Below are positions 16,831 through 26,276 of a stretch of 64,000 nucleotides of DNA, in pieces (the stretch's first letter is position 1; the number at the start of each line of letters is the position of its first letter). A program made the position numbers and the translations under genes. A model generated the notes under the pieces. That model worked only from the letters and a program-made list of their open reading frames with translations, was not told the DNA's origin and did no database searches. Source of the DNA: an uncultured Pseudomonadales bacterium (lineage in GTDB: Bacteria; Patescibacteriota; Microgenomatia; UBA1400; PJMF01); assembly GCA_964650185.1 (NCBI GenBank), contig CAZYRN010000005.1:18640-82639 (forward strand). Direction: 5' to 3'.

Positions 16831-17607
16831 TTAGCCAACATAAATCAACTGCGCAAAGCGGGTTTTTTTAAATTGATCCTGATGAATATGTAATTTAAAG
16901 TCAGTCAGGGGAAGTTGCTGAATCAAAAAAGTATGAGAGTGCAAGTAATCTATTTCCAGCCAAATTTCACTGTTAAGCTGCAGATGAGGCGGAGCCTGAA
17001 TCAACAGCTCCCGAATGTATTTAAGCCCGTCTTCACCGCCATCCAGAGCTAGGTGTGGTTCATAATCTTTAACCGAGCTTTCAAGATAAGGAATTCTGTC
17101 ACTGGGAATGTAAGGCAGATTGGCTAAAATCAGATCAAACTTGAGATCGGTGGGAAATTCCTTTAGTAAGTCAGAGACAAGAAATTCAGCAGACAGTTGG
17201 TCGCCAATCAGCTGCTGCCAGTTATGCTGAGCGAGAGTGATAGCTGGTGCGGAAAGATCACTCAGCCAAAATTTTCCAGCCAATCCTTTTTCCAGAAGTA
17301 AGCTGGCTAAAGAAATGCCGATGACGCCGCTGCCAGTGCCGAGATCAGCAATGGTTGGGGCAGGCTGGCTTGGTTTAGCTGCTGCCTTGGCCTCAACTCT
17401 TGATAAGCCTAGCTCAACTAAAAGCTCAGTTTCAACCCTGGGAATTAAAACTTGATCGTTAATATCAAAGACTTTTCCGCCAAATTCAACTTTGCCAGTA
17501 ATGTATTCGACTGGCATCTCTCCACACTTGGCAAGATCGATGGTTGCTGCTCCAAAGCGGCGGAGATGAGTTTCTTCGTAGGGGCTAAGTTGTCGAGTCA
17601 CTGCCAA
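16831..17607 (-). CDS. prmC: HemK/PrmC release-factor glutamine methyltransferase, N-terminally short
   Basis: PVEYITG, VLIPRVETE, DLGTGSG, ANLPYIP and EPHLALDGG motifs. Start may be GTG 17601. Confidence 0.88.
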   Translation of the reverse strand: MAVTRQLSPYEETHLRRFGAATIDLAKCGEMPVEYITGKVEFGGKVFDINDQVLIPRVETELLVELGLSRVEAKAAAKPSQPAPTIADLGTGSGVIGISLASLLLEKGLAGKFWLSDLSAPAITLAQHNWQQLIGDQLSAEFLVSDLLKEFPTDLKFDLILANLPYIPSDRIPYLESSVKDYEPHLALDGGEDGLKYIRELLIQAPPHLQLNSEIWLEIDYLHSHTFLIQQLPLTDFKLHIHQDQFKKTRFAQLIYVG

Positions 17608-17661
17608 GAATCATATCATGCGTGCTAAAATTAAGATGCAAGATTACTTGAAAGGAAAATT

Positions 17662-18099
17662 ATGTCACTTAAAGAACAACTGGTTGAAGAGATGAAGCAG
17701 GCGATGAAGTCCGGAGATAAAGTGAGGCTGGAAGTGATTCGTTATTTAAGGTCTATCATTCAAAATTATGAAATAGATCATGGCGAGCAGGAGGATGAAG
17801 GTGTGCAGCGTTTAGTTGCACAACAGGTGAAGCAATCAAAAGAGGCCATTGCTGAATTTAAAAAAGGTGAGCGCCAGGATTTAGTGGATGCAGAAGAGGC
17901 CAAGCTGGCAGTTTTAATGGAATACTTACCAGCACAACAAAGTGATGAAGAGCTAGAGCAGGTAGTGAGAAAAGTTATTGCTGACACTGGGGCAGATCAG
18001 CCTGGGCCAATCATTGGCCAGGTCATGGCTAAAGTTAAAGGTCAGGCGGATGGGGGCAGAGTAGCCCAACTGGTCAATCAGATTTTGCATGAAAACTAA
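17662..18099 (+). CDS. GatB/YqeY domain protein
   Basis: MSLKEQL-EEMKQAMKS-D, YLPAQ-SDEEL and G-VM--VKGQADG motifs. Confidence 0.93.
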   Translation: MSLKEQLVEEMKQAMKSGDKVRLEVIRYLRSIIQNYEIDHGEQEDEGVQRLVAQQVKQSKEAIAEFKKGERQDLVDAEEAKLAVLMEYLPAQQSDEELEQVVRKVIADTGADQPGPIIGQVMAKVKGQADGGRVAQLVNQILHEN

Positions 18100-18733
18100 A
18101 ACAATTGGAGAGATTCTCCGCGAAGAACGAGAAAAACATGGGCTAACCATTGACAAGATGGCGCATCAAACCAGGATTCGCGCCAGTTATTTGCGCGCCT
18201 TGGAAAATAATCAATTTCATGAGATGCCGGCGGCAACTTTTGTCAAAGGCTACATTAAGACTTATGCCCAACTCTTTGGTTTTGATCACCAGCCTCTAAT
18301 AGCTTTATTAAGAAGAGATTTTAAAGAGAGTGCCAAAGGCAGGTTGGTGCCAAGGGAGTTCATTAAGCCAGTTCTGAAAAAAAGACAGGTATGGAAGCCA
18401 GTGACGATGTTAGTGATCAGTTTGGCGGTCGTCTTTTTAGGACTAGCTGGTTATGTAGGTGCCCAATGGTACAGTCTTAATAAACCGCCGGAAATTCAGC
18501 TGGTTGCTCCTCAAGAAGATGAGGTAGTGGCAGCCAGAGTTAACGTTCGAGGTCAAACTAAGCCTGATGCGATTGTGACAGTTAACGACCAACCTGTTTC
18601 ACTCCAGCCGGACGGCAGTTTCCAAGCTGAAATTTTTTTGAATCGGGAGGGCACGAGCACCATTACTGTTGAGGCTCAAGATCGTCGGGGTAAAAGCAGT
18701 CTGTTGCAGCGCACGGTCCGAGTGCAGTTCTAA
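18089..18733 (+). CDS. RodZ-like HTH protein with TM and C-terminal Ig-like domain
   Basis: TIGEILREER, TRIRASYLRALE and FVKGYIKTYA, then a TM helix and a beta-rich tail. Confidence 0.85.
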   Translation: MKTKTIGEILREEREKHGLTIDKMAHQTRIRASYLRALENNQFHEMPAATFVKGYIKTYAQLFGFDHQPLIALLRRDFKESAKGRLVPREFIKPVLKKRQVWKPVTMLVISLAVVFLGLAGYVGAQWYSLNKPPEIQLVAPQEDEVVAARVNVRGQTKPDAIVTVNDQPVSLQPDGSFQAEIFLNREGTSTITVEAQDRRGKSSLLQRTVRVQF

Positions 18734-18779
18734 AGTCAGTCTGATATAGTGATCATAAACAACTAAGAAAGGAAGTAAT

Positions 18780-19064
18780 ATGGATTTAGTGCCAACTATT
18801 TTTGCAGTCGCCTTAGTAGTGTTAACAATTGTGCTGTCGGTCGTGGGTATTCAGATGATGCTGGTTTTGTTAGAACTGAAAAAAACCATGAAAAAAGTCA
18901 ATGAAGCCATAGACTCTGCAGATGCTAAAATTACCGCTATTGTTTCTCCACTCCAAAAAGTTGCTGGTATGGCGGCTGGTTTGGGAACAGGGATGAAAGT
19001 TTTTGAAGCCTTTGTCGGCTGGTTACAACGGGACAAGAAACATCAAGAAGCAGCTGAAAAATAA
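18780..19064 (+). CDS. Small membrane-anchored coiled-coil protein (DUF948/YtxG-like)
   Basis: N-terminal TM followed by a heptad region; directly upstream of a YtxH-like gene. Confidence 0.6.
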   Translation: MDLVPTIFAVALVVLTIVLSVVGIQMMLVLLELKKTMKKVNEAIDSADAKITAIVSPLQKVAGMAAGLGTGMKVFEAFVGWLQRDKKHQEAAEK

Positions 19065-19084
19065 AGTAGGTCTTAATTAAGATC

Positions 19085-19420
19085 ATGGAAAACAAAGATA
19101 GTCAGGTATTTGCGACTGGATTTGGTCTGGGAATGTTAACTGGAGTGGTTGGCTATTTTTTATTTGGAACCAAACGTGGTCAGCAGCTAAGAAAATCTCT
19201 ATCCCAGGAATGGCAGCATGCTCAATCTCATCTTCAAGAACAAGGTGTATTGTCGAAATCTGCTGAGGAAAAAGAGCAAAGTTTAAGTGAATTTCTCAAT
19301 CAACTCAAAAACCAAATTTTGACTGAACTGGATTTAGATCTTGATGATCAGCCAGTCAAGCCAGCTAAAAAGCGGACTTATCAAAAAAAGAAAAACCCTC
19401 GCCAGTTCACTGGCACCTGA
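19085..19420 (+). CDS. YtxH-domain protein
   Basis: F--GF-LG-L-G--GYFLF-TKRGQQLRK pattern. Confidence 0.75.
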   Translation: MENKDSQVFATGFGLGMLTGVVGYFLFGTKRGQQLRKSLSQEWQHAQSHLQEQGVLSKSAEEKEQSLSEFLNQLKNQILTELDLDLDDQPVKPAKKRTYQKKKNPRQFTGT

Positions 19421-19439
19421 TTTTTGCTATAATCCCCTC

Positions 19440-21341
19440 ATGACCCCAGATCAAAATCGACGCTTAAATCCAGACCAACTCCGTCAAGTGTATCTTAATT
19501 TTTTTGCTGATCGCGATCATCAGATTTTACCCTCAGCTTCGTTAGTTCCGGAAAATGATCCAACGACTTTATTTACAGGTTCGGGCATGCAGCCGCTCTT
19601 GCCTTACTTTTTGGGTGAGCCACATCCTTTAGGCACAAGGGTAACCAACTCGCAAAAATGTTTTCGTTCACAGGATATTGATGAGGTAGGTGACAATCGC
19701 CACACTACTTTTTTTGAGATGCTGGGAAATTGGTCATTTGGTGATTACTTTAAGCCAGAACAGCTCCGCTGGGTGTTTACTTTTTTTACTGAGGAGTGCG
19801 GTTTAGAACCAACTCGCCTCTATGTGTCAATCTACCGCGGTCATGAACAGCTGCAGATTCCTTTAGATACTGAGTCAGTTGAAATTTGGCAACAGCTTTT
19901 TGCTGAAAAGAACATCGAGGCTAAATTGGTGACGGATGGAGCTGTTAATGGTCTGCAAGGTGGCCGGATTTTTGCCTATGGTGATGAAAACTGGTGGTCG
20001 AGAGTGGGGGCACCCGATCAAATGCCAGTGGGAGAGCCAGGTGGCCCAGACAGTGAGGTCTTTTATGATTTTGGTTCTGAATTAAAATTTCACGAAAATT
20101 CTTCTTTTGCCGCTCAGCCCTGTCATCCCAACTGTGACTGCGGTCGCTTTATGGAGATTGGCAACAGTGTTTTTATGACATACCTCAAGACAGAGACTGG
20201 TTTTACCGAACTAACTCATAAAAATATAGATTTTGGAGGCGGCTTTGAGAGAATTTTGGCGGCGATGAACCAGGATCCGGATGTATTTACCACGGAGCTG
20301 TTTCAGCCCATGCTGACGTATTTAACTAATTTATCTGGTAAAGAGTACCAGCAATCTCCTCAGGTTACCCATGCTTTTCGGGTGATTGCCGATCACATGA
20401 AAGCAGCGGTGCACTTAGCAGCCGATGGTGTTTTTCCTGCCAATAAAGAGCAAGGCTATTTTTCACGCCGGCTGATTCGACGGGCGATTCGTTATGCTGA
20501 TTTAGTTGGAATTGAGGGAGAGTTTGTCACTGGCTTAGTAGCGGTAGTGGCCGATCTTTATCAGTCAGCTTATCCTGAGATTAAGGAGCAATTAACACAA
20601 ATTCAAGAGAAATTTGCTCAAGAGGAACAGAAATTTAGACAGAGTTTGCGTAAAGGACTGCGGGAGTTTGATAAGTTAATTGAACAAAGCTTAACGGCTG
20701 AACAAGCCTTTAAACTTTACGAAACTTATGGTTTTCCCTTAGAAATGTCGATAGAAGAAGCAACTCAGCGGGATATTAAGATGGAAACATCTTTAGCAGC
20801 AAAATTTGAACAGCTAAAGCATCAGCATGCAGCTCAGTCTCGCCAAGCAACTCAAGGTAAGTTTAAGGGTGGTTTGGCTGACAACTCTGAGGCAGTTGTC
20901 CAGTATCACACTGCTACTCACTTAATTCACGCAGCACTAAGAGCTGTTTTGGGGGAACATGTCGCTCAAAAAGGTTCCAACATCACCGCCGACAGACTTC
21001 GGTTTGATTTTTCTCATCCTGAAGAGGTTAGTGCTGAGCAGTTAGCTCGGGTAGAAAAACAGGTGAACGAGTGGATTGAAGCTGATCTGCCAGTGACCAG
21101 AGAGACGATGTCTAAGACTGCTGCTCTTGAGGCAGGTGCAGTTGCATTTTTCCTTGATCGGTATCCTGAGGAAGTGTCTATTTACACCATTGGCCAAGAT
21201 TCTACCGCTGACTGGATTTCCAAGGAATTTTGTGGTGGACCACACGTAACTCGAACCAGTAAAATTGAGCCAATTGAGATTTATCAAGAACAATCCTCTG
21301 GGGCTGGGGTGAGGCGGATCTACGCCCGCATGGCGAAATAA
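19440..21341 (+). CDS. alaS: Alanine--tRNA ligase, short form (633 aa, no C-Ala domain)
   Basis: DPTTLFTGSGMQP, HTTFFEMLGNWS, IDFGGGFERI, HTATHL and EFCGGPHV; ends just after GVRRI. Start set at ATG 19440. Confidence 0.95.
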   Translation: MTPDQNRRLNPDQLRQVYLNFFADRDHQILPSASLVPENDPTTLFTGSGMQPLLPYFLGEPHPLGTRVTNSQKCFRSQDIDEVGDNRHTTFFEMLGNWSFGDYFKPEQLRWVFTFFTEECGLEPTRLYVSIYRGHEQLQIPLDTESVEIWQQLFAEKNIEAKLVTDGAVNGLQGGRIFAYGDENWWSRVGAPDQMPVGEPGGPDSEVFYDFGSELKFHENSSFAAQPCHPNCDCGRFMEIGNSVFMTYLKTETGFTELTHKNIDFGGGFERILAAMNQDPDVFTTELFQPMLTYLTNLSGKEYQQSPQVTHAFRVIADHMKAAVHLAADGVFPANKEQGYFSRRLIRRAIRYADLVGIEGEFVTGLVAVVADLYQSAYPEIKEQLTQIQEKFAQEEQKFRQSLRKGLREFDKLIEQSLTAEQAFKLYETYGFPLEMSIEEATQRDIKMETSLAAKFEQLKHQHAAQSRQATQGKFKGGLADNSEAVVQYHTATHLIHAALRAVLGEHVAQKGSNITADRLRFDFSHPEEVSAEQLARVEKQVNEWIEADLPVTRETMSKTAALEAGAVAFFLDRYPEEVSIYTIGQDSTADWISKEFCGGPHVTRTSKIEPIEIYQEQSSGAGVRRIYARMAK

Positions 21342-21381
21342 TACTTTCCCCATCTCACTAGAGGTGTAGTATAGTAAGCAT

Positions 21382-23658
21382 ATGGTCCTGCCACAGATAT
21401 TTAATTCAAAAAAAGCTCAACCAGAGCTATTTATTACTATTTTAATCTCCGATACCAAGATTCAGTCTGCTTTGTGGCAGCAGTTTCAAGACGAGATTAA
21501 GATTATTATCGTCTCGGCAATTTATAGCTATGACGACGTGGAGCAAGCCCTGAGTCAAACTGATCTATCTTTACAGCAGTTGGGCAAGATGTCAGAAAAT
21601 GTCAACAGAGTTATTTTTGGTTTGGAGCCAGGCTGGGTGAGTGAAAAAGGGGTAGTCGATGCCAAAAAACCGCTGTTAAAAAAGATTACAGAAGATTTAG
21701 AACTGCAAGCTGAAGGATTTGTGGTGACTACTGAGTCGTTGACTCAATATTTAGTGGTTGATAATCCGCGGCTGTCAGCTCTGTTGCTACAGTTTACCAA
21801 GCAGACCATTTCAATTAGTTTGATTAATCAAGGACAACTGCTTCAACAAACTCAGGTGGGGCGATCTGGTGACACTTTGGCCGATATGAAAGAGGCCTTA
21901 GCTAGACTGAGCTCTCATATGGGAACAGATTTGAAACTTCCCAATAAAATTTTGGCAGCTTCATTTGATCTAGAACGGGATGAGCTCCTGGAGCAACAGC
22001 AGCTGTTGCTGGAGTATGACTGGATGAAAGAGTATCCATTTATTCAGCCTCCGACCATCGATTTAATTGATAAAAGTGACATTATGTTGGCGGTGTTAAA
22101 TCAAAAAAACAGTGCAGAAGGAACTCCAGCTCAATTTGCAGCCGGTATCGCTGCCAGCCAGGGGGAGGCAGCAGCAGTGCCAGCTGAGTCAGCTGCAGCT
22201 ACCCCAACTCCTATTCCCGTAGCGGAAACATCAGCCCAACCAGTGGCTGTTAACCCTGATGATAACGTGGTAGAAACTGATTTTCCGACTAATTCCGTTC
22301 CAAATTCCGCCCAGCCAGAGTTGGCTATTGATGAAAGTCAGCTGCCGCGAGCCGCTGCCCAGATTAATAGCGGAGCTCAAAAAACTTCAGCTTCAAGTTT
22401 TGGCATTCCACTACAAATGAATCAACCACCTCAAGTAGATGGCAATGAAGATGATGAGAGCGATGAGCTGGTTACTGGGTTCAAAGGTCAATTTTTACAG
22501 TTATTAACCAAACACAAGCCTTTTGTGATTGGCGGGTTTTTGGCAGGTGTGATTGCCCTTTTCATAGCTAGTTACTTTTGGTTAGCCCAAGCCACTCAAG
22601 CTGTCGTGAAATTAGAATTAAATTCATCTTATTTGGCAAAAGAGGTAGATATTACGATTGCTTCTGACATCGCTAAGTCAAATCCAGAGGAACTGCTCTT
22701 AGCAGCCGAAGTATTTACGCACGAGGTGTCCGGCAGCAAAACCTCGGAAACCAGTGGGGTCAAGTTGGTTGGCGATCAGGCAAAAGGAAAAGTAAAACTG
22801 TTTAATAAAACTGAGGCTGAGAAGAGCTTTGAAGCTGGCACTGAGTTGAAAAAAGGAGATCTGGTTTTTACTTTAGATGAAACAGTTCAGGTAGCTTCAG
22901 CGAGTGTTAAAAAATCAACCAGTAGTGAAAGTAAGGAATATGGCAGTGCCGAAGCCTCAGTGACAGCGGTAGAGATTGGTACTGATTCTAACTTAGGCAA
23001 AGACACTGAATTGCAGATTGAAAGTTTTGATGAGGACACCTACTCTGCCACTGTTATTGATGGATTAAGTGGCGGTTCAAGTCGTGAAGTAAGGGTAGTA
23101 TCAGAAGAGGATCGCCAGCAGCTGCTTCAAGAGCTGCGGCAGGAGTTAATTACTCAGGCCAATGAGGAGATGAATAAGTTGGTGGGTGAAGGTAATTCTT
23201 TAGCTCCTACCAATAACGCTGAGGTGATGGAAGCAGTGTATGACGCTGAAATTGGTAAAGAAGTCGGCTCCTTAACGCTTAATTTAACAATGTCTGTAAA
23301 AGGATTGCGCTATCAAAATGATGATATTATGCCTATCGCCGTGGTAGTGCTAACAGATAGTTTGCCGCCTGGTTATACGTTGGCTAATAGTGAGCCAAGC
23401 TTCACAACTGATACCAAGGAGTCAGCCAGCAGCTCAGCTTCAGTCAAGCTTGCTGCGAATTTTACTGCTCAAGCTCAGCCAGAACTAAATTTAGATGAGC
23501 TGCGCCAAAATTTAGCGGGCAAAACTAAAGAAGAGGCAGTAAAAATGCTGGCAGAAAATGAATTTGTCAAAGACGCTCAGATCAGTTTTTCGCCTGCATT
23601 TGCAGCTAAACTTACTTCTCGTTTACCTAAAGATCCTGCTAAGATAAAGATAGAGTGA
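21382..23658 (+). CDS. CPR-type membrane protein: degenerate FtsA/PilM-like N-terminus, low-complexity linker, TM, baseplate J/gp47-like outer domain
   Basis: VIFGL--GWV/FVVTTE N-terminal region, TM near aa 380-400, and AKGKVKLFN...FEAGT...FTLD...VTA---G---N and GGS motifs. Confidence 0.65.
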   Translation: MVLPQIFNSKKAQPELFITILISDTKIQSALWQQFQDEIKIIIVSAIYSYDDVEQALSQTDLSLQQLGKMSENVNRVIFGLEPGWVSEKGVVDAKKPLLKKITEDLELQAEGFVVTTESLTQYLVVDNPRLSALLLQFTKQTISISLINQGQLLQQTQVGRSGDTLADMKEALARLSSHMGTDLKLPNKILAASFDLERDELLEQQQLLLEYDWMKEYPFIQPPTIDLIDKSDIMLAVLNQKNSAEGTPAQFAAGIAASQGEAAAVPAESAAATPTPIPVAETSAQPVAVNPDDNVVETDFPTNSVPNSAQPELAIDESQLPRAAAQINSGAQKTSASSFGIPLQMNQPPQVDGNEDDESDELVTGFKGQFLQLLTKHKPFVIGGFLAGVIALFIASYFWLAQATQAVVKLELNSSYLAKEVDITIASDIAKSNPEELLLAAEVFTHEVSGSKTSETSGVKLVGDQAKGKVKLFNKTEAEKSFEAGTELKKGDLVFTLDETVQVASASVKKSTSSESKEYGSAEASVTAVEIGTDSNLGKDTELQIESFDEDTYSATVIDGLSGGSSREVRVVSEEDRQQLLQELRQELITQANEEMNKLVGEGNSLAPTNNAEVMEAVYDAEIGKEVGSLTLNLTMSVKGLRYQNDDIMPIAVVVLTDSLPPGYTLANSEPSFTTDTKESASSSASVKLAANFTAQAQPELNLDELRQNLAGKTKEEAVKMLAENEFVKDAQISFSPAFAAKLTSRLPKDPAKIKIE

Positions 23659-24602
23659 CAAAAAATCAGCAGATTCACCCGGACCAACTTGTTGAATTAT
23701 ATCGGCGTGCTCTTGAGCAAGGCATTCCTTTGGATAAGTTAGAAGAAAAAATTGCTCGAAAATTGGATCGAGTGGCCGTTAGCACTAAGATTGAGAAAAA
23801 AGAAGAGCAGGAACGAGTGAAGGAAGTTCGGCAGCGGTTGCCGAAAGCAGTGCGCTATGGAGCATTAACTGTGCCGGTTTTGTTTATTCTAGTTGGATTA
23901 TTTTTATTAGGTAATGCCTTGTTGCCTATTGCCCAGTATTACACCACCACTTTACCTAGCATGTCGAAACCAAAGATGCTGTCGCCAATTCCTTATGAGG
24001 AAATTTTGGATGTGACGCCTTACGTGATTGCTCAGACAGATACCAGCGAGATGAATGTTTTAGGAAATAAAAGCTCCACTGGACCGATTATTTTAGACAC
24101 CGAATTAGATTTTACCGACTTGGCAAACTGGTTTGAAGATGAACAGGCGGCCCTGTTAGCTTCAGCAACTGAAGCTGATAGTTATATTTTAGAGATTCCC
24201 AAATTAGAGATTGAGGAGGCAGAAGTGAAGATTGGTGGGACTGATTTAGATCAGAGCTTAATTGCCTATCCAGGTACAGCTGAGCCAGGGAGTCCTGGTG
24301 CGCCAGTGATTTTTGGTCATTCGGTATTGAGACAGTTTTATAATCCTTCTCCCAAAAATCCCCGCCGTTACAACTCCATCTTTAGTTACATCATGACTCT
24401 GGAACGGGGTGATGAAATTTTGGTAACCCATCAAGGTGCTACTTTTAAGTATGTGGTTAAAGATAAATCAGAAGTGAAACCTGAAGATACATATATTTTA
24501 GCTCAGCAGTATGACCATAAATTATTAAAACTTGTTACTTGTGTTCCAGAAGGGACTTATTTAAGAAGAGGAGTTGTTACGGCTGAGCTGGTAGCAAACT
24601 AA
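23655..24602 (+). CDS. Sortase
   Basis: LEIPKL, YPGTA-PG, IFGHS and LVTC-PEGT---R (His/Cys/Arg triad). Confidence 0.92.
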   Translation: MTKNQQIHPDQLVELYRRALEQGIPLDKLEEKIARKLDRVAVSTKIEKKEEQERVKEVRQRLPKAVRYGALTVPVLFILVGLFLLGNALLPIAQYYTTTLPSMSKPKMLSPIPYEEILDVTPYVIAQTDTSEMNVLGNKSSTGPIILDTELDFTDLANWFEDEQAALLASATEADSYILEIPKLEIEEAEVKIGGTDLDQSLIAYPGTAEPGSPGAPVIFGHSVLRQFYNPSPKNPRRYNSIFSYIMTLERGDEILVTHQGATFKYVVKDKSEVKPEDTYILAQQYDHKLLKLVTCVPEGTYLRRGVVTAELVAN

Positions 24603-24627
24603 CAGTTGAGCGGAGTACTTGCTAACT

Positions 24628-25035
24628 ATGAAAAAAATACTAGCCATTGATTTTGGTACGGTGAGGGTGGGTTTAGCGATCAATCAAGAACTATGGGCTG
24701 AGCCATATCAGATCATTGCCAACGATGAGCAGTTGTTTGATAAGTTAAAGGAAATTATTGCTGAGGAGCAGATTGAGCTAATTTTAGTCGGCTTGTCTGA
24801 AAACGTCATGGCTGAACAGACTAAAAAGTTTGCAGCCCAACTAGAATCGGAAGTTGATCTGCCACTCAAGTTTACCGATGAAACACTTAGTTCGGCTCAG
24901 GTTCATCACAAGCTAATCAACTCGCCGATGAAAAAATCCCGTAGGCAGCAGCCAATTGATCACTATGCCGCCGCTGAATTTCTGCAGGAGTGGTTGGAGA
25001 TCAATCAAGATCAGTTAGAAATCGATCTGGACTAG
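24628..25035 (+). CDS. ruvX: YqgF/RuvX family nuclease
   Basis: ILAIDFGTVRVGLAI, VGL, DETLSS and ID--AA--FLQ motifs. Confidence 0.93.
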   Translation: MKKILAIDFGTVRVGLAINQELWAEPYQIIANDEQLFDKLKEIIAEEQIELILVGLSENVMAEQTKKFAAQLESEVDLPLKFTDETLSSAQVHHKLINSPMKKSRRQQPIDHYAAAEFLQEWLEINQDQLEIDLD

Positions 25036-25069
25036 TTGGCAATTAATCTGGAGCTGGTATACTTTTCCC

Positions 25070-26050
25070 ATGATATTGAAAAAAAGAATTATCTTCATTA
25101 TTTTTGGCCTAGGACTGCTGGCTTTAGCTGCGGGATTTATTCTCTTAAGTCAATTAAAGCGGCCAGTCACATCGCAAAATGCTGATCCAGTGAGATTTAC
25201 TGTCCCTCGAGGTCAGGCTACCAGTGTCATTGCTGATCGGCTTCACGAGGCTGGATTAATCAGACACCCATTAGTTTTTCAAATTGTTATCAAACAAAAA
25301 GGTTTTAGTGGCAAACTTCAGGCAGGTTCTTTTGAGATCTCGCCTGATATGACTCCCGTAGAAATTGCTGAGCTGATGACTCAAGGCACAGAAGATATTT
25401 GGGTGACCATTCCGGAGGGTTGGCGCCGAGAGCAGATTGCCAGCAGCTTGGCAGAACATGAACTGCCGGCATTTGACGAAGCGGAATTTTTAAGTTTAAC
25501 CGTCCAATCTGAGGGCAAATTATTTCCTGATACTTATCTTTTTGCTCGAGAGTCAACTGCTGCCACTATTCAAGCGATATTATTAAATACATTCGAGAGT
25601 AAAGTTACTCAAGGTTTAGCAAAAGAAATTGCTGCTGCTGATCAAGACATTGATCAGATCCTAGTGATGGCCTCTATAGTGGAGCGTGAAGCCAGGGGAT
25701 ATGAAGAGATGAGACATGTGGCTGCCATTTTATGGAATCGAGTTGAGCTGGGGATGCCGCTCCAGGCTGATGCCACTTTACAGTATATTAATGGTTATGA
25801 TGAGGAAACTGACAATTGGTGGCCTCAGCCATTAGCTGCAGATAAATCACTTAACTCGCCTTACAACACTTATCTTAATCCTGGACTACCACCTCGACCG
25901 ATCTCAAATCCGGGTTACGACGCGATCAAAGCGACGCTTAATCCTATCTCCACTTCAGATCTTTACTATTTACACGACCGGTCAGGTGCGATACACTACG
26001 GTCGAACGTTAGAAGAGCACAACGCAAATGTACAAAGGTACTTGCGGTAG
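25070..26050 (+). CDS. mltG: Endolytic transglycosylase MltG
   Basis: VTIPEG, EGKLFPDTY, ASIVERE, LQADAT and SPYNTY--PGLPP-PISNPG motifs. Confidence 0.95.
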   Translation: MILKKRIIFIIFGLGLLALAAGFILLSQLKRPVTSQNADPVRFTVPRGQATSVIADRLHEAGLIRHPLVFQIVIKQKGFSGKLQAGSFEISPDMTPVEIAELMTQGTEDIWVTIPEGWRREQIASSLAEHELPAFDEAEFLSLTVQSEGKLFPDTYLFARESTAATIQAILLNTFESKVTQGLAKEIAAADQDIDQILVMASIVEREARGYEEMRHVAAILWNRVELGMPLQADATLQYINGYDEETDNWWPQPLAADKSLNSPYNTYLNPGLPPRPISNPGYDAIKATLNPISTSDLYYLHDRSGAIHYGRTLEEHNANVQRYLR

Positions 26051-26061
26051 GTTTTGTTTAC

Positions 26062-26190
26062 TGTTATAATCCTCTCGTTTCGCCAGACTAAGTAACGATC
26101 ATTTCAGGAATCTTTTGATTACAATCAAGAAGAAGAACGCAAGCTCATCATAATTAATAGAGAGCACTTTCGAGGTGGTCTCTTTTTGTT
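26062..26190 (+). promoter_or_regulatory. Extended -10 promoter and structured leader with terminator-like hairpin upstream of rpoB
   Basis: TGTTATAAT at 26062-26070. Hairpin at 26111-26133. Second stem of 11 positions (one mismatch) at 26159-26183 followed by TTTTGTT. Confidence 0.55.
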
Positions 26191-26276
26191 GTGGTCCAGT
26201 GATGAGGAAGATATTAGCCAAAACCACAACAGTTAAGTAGAGAAAATTGTTAATAACTAAGTAGTAAGGAGTCGAC

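Noticed and set aside
21356-21371. Operator half-site TGTAGTA before the baseplate-J-like gene
   Set aside because: Only one good half with the wrong spacing; explained by the -10 region.
21382-23658. Prophage or contractile injection system
   Set aside because: Only one baseplate-J-like domain, membrane-anchored among housekeeping genes; no sheath, tube, terminase or integrase.
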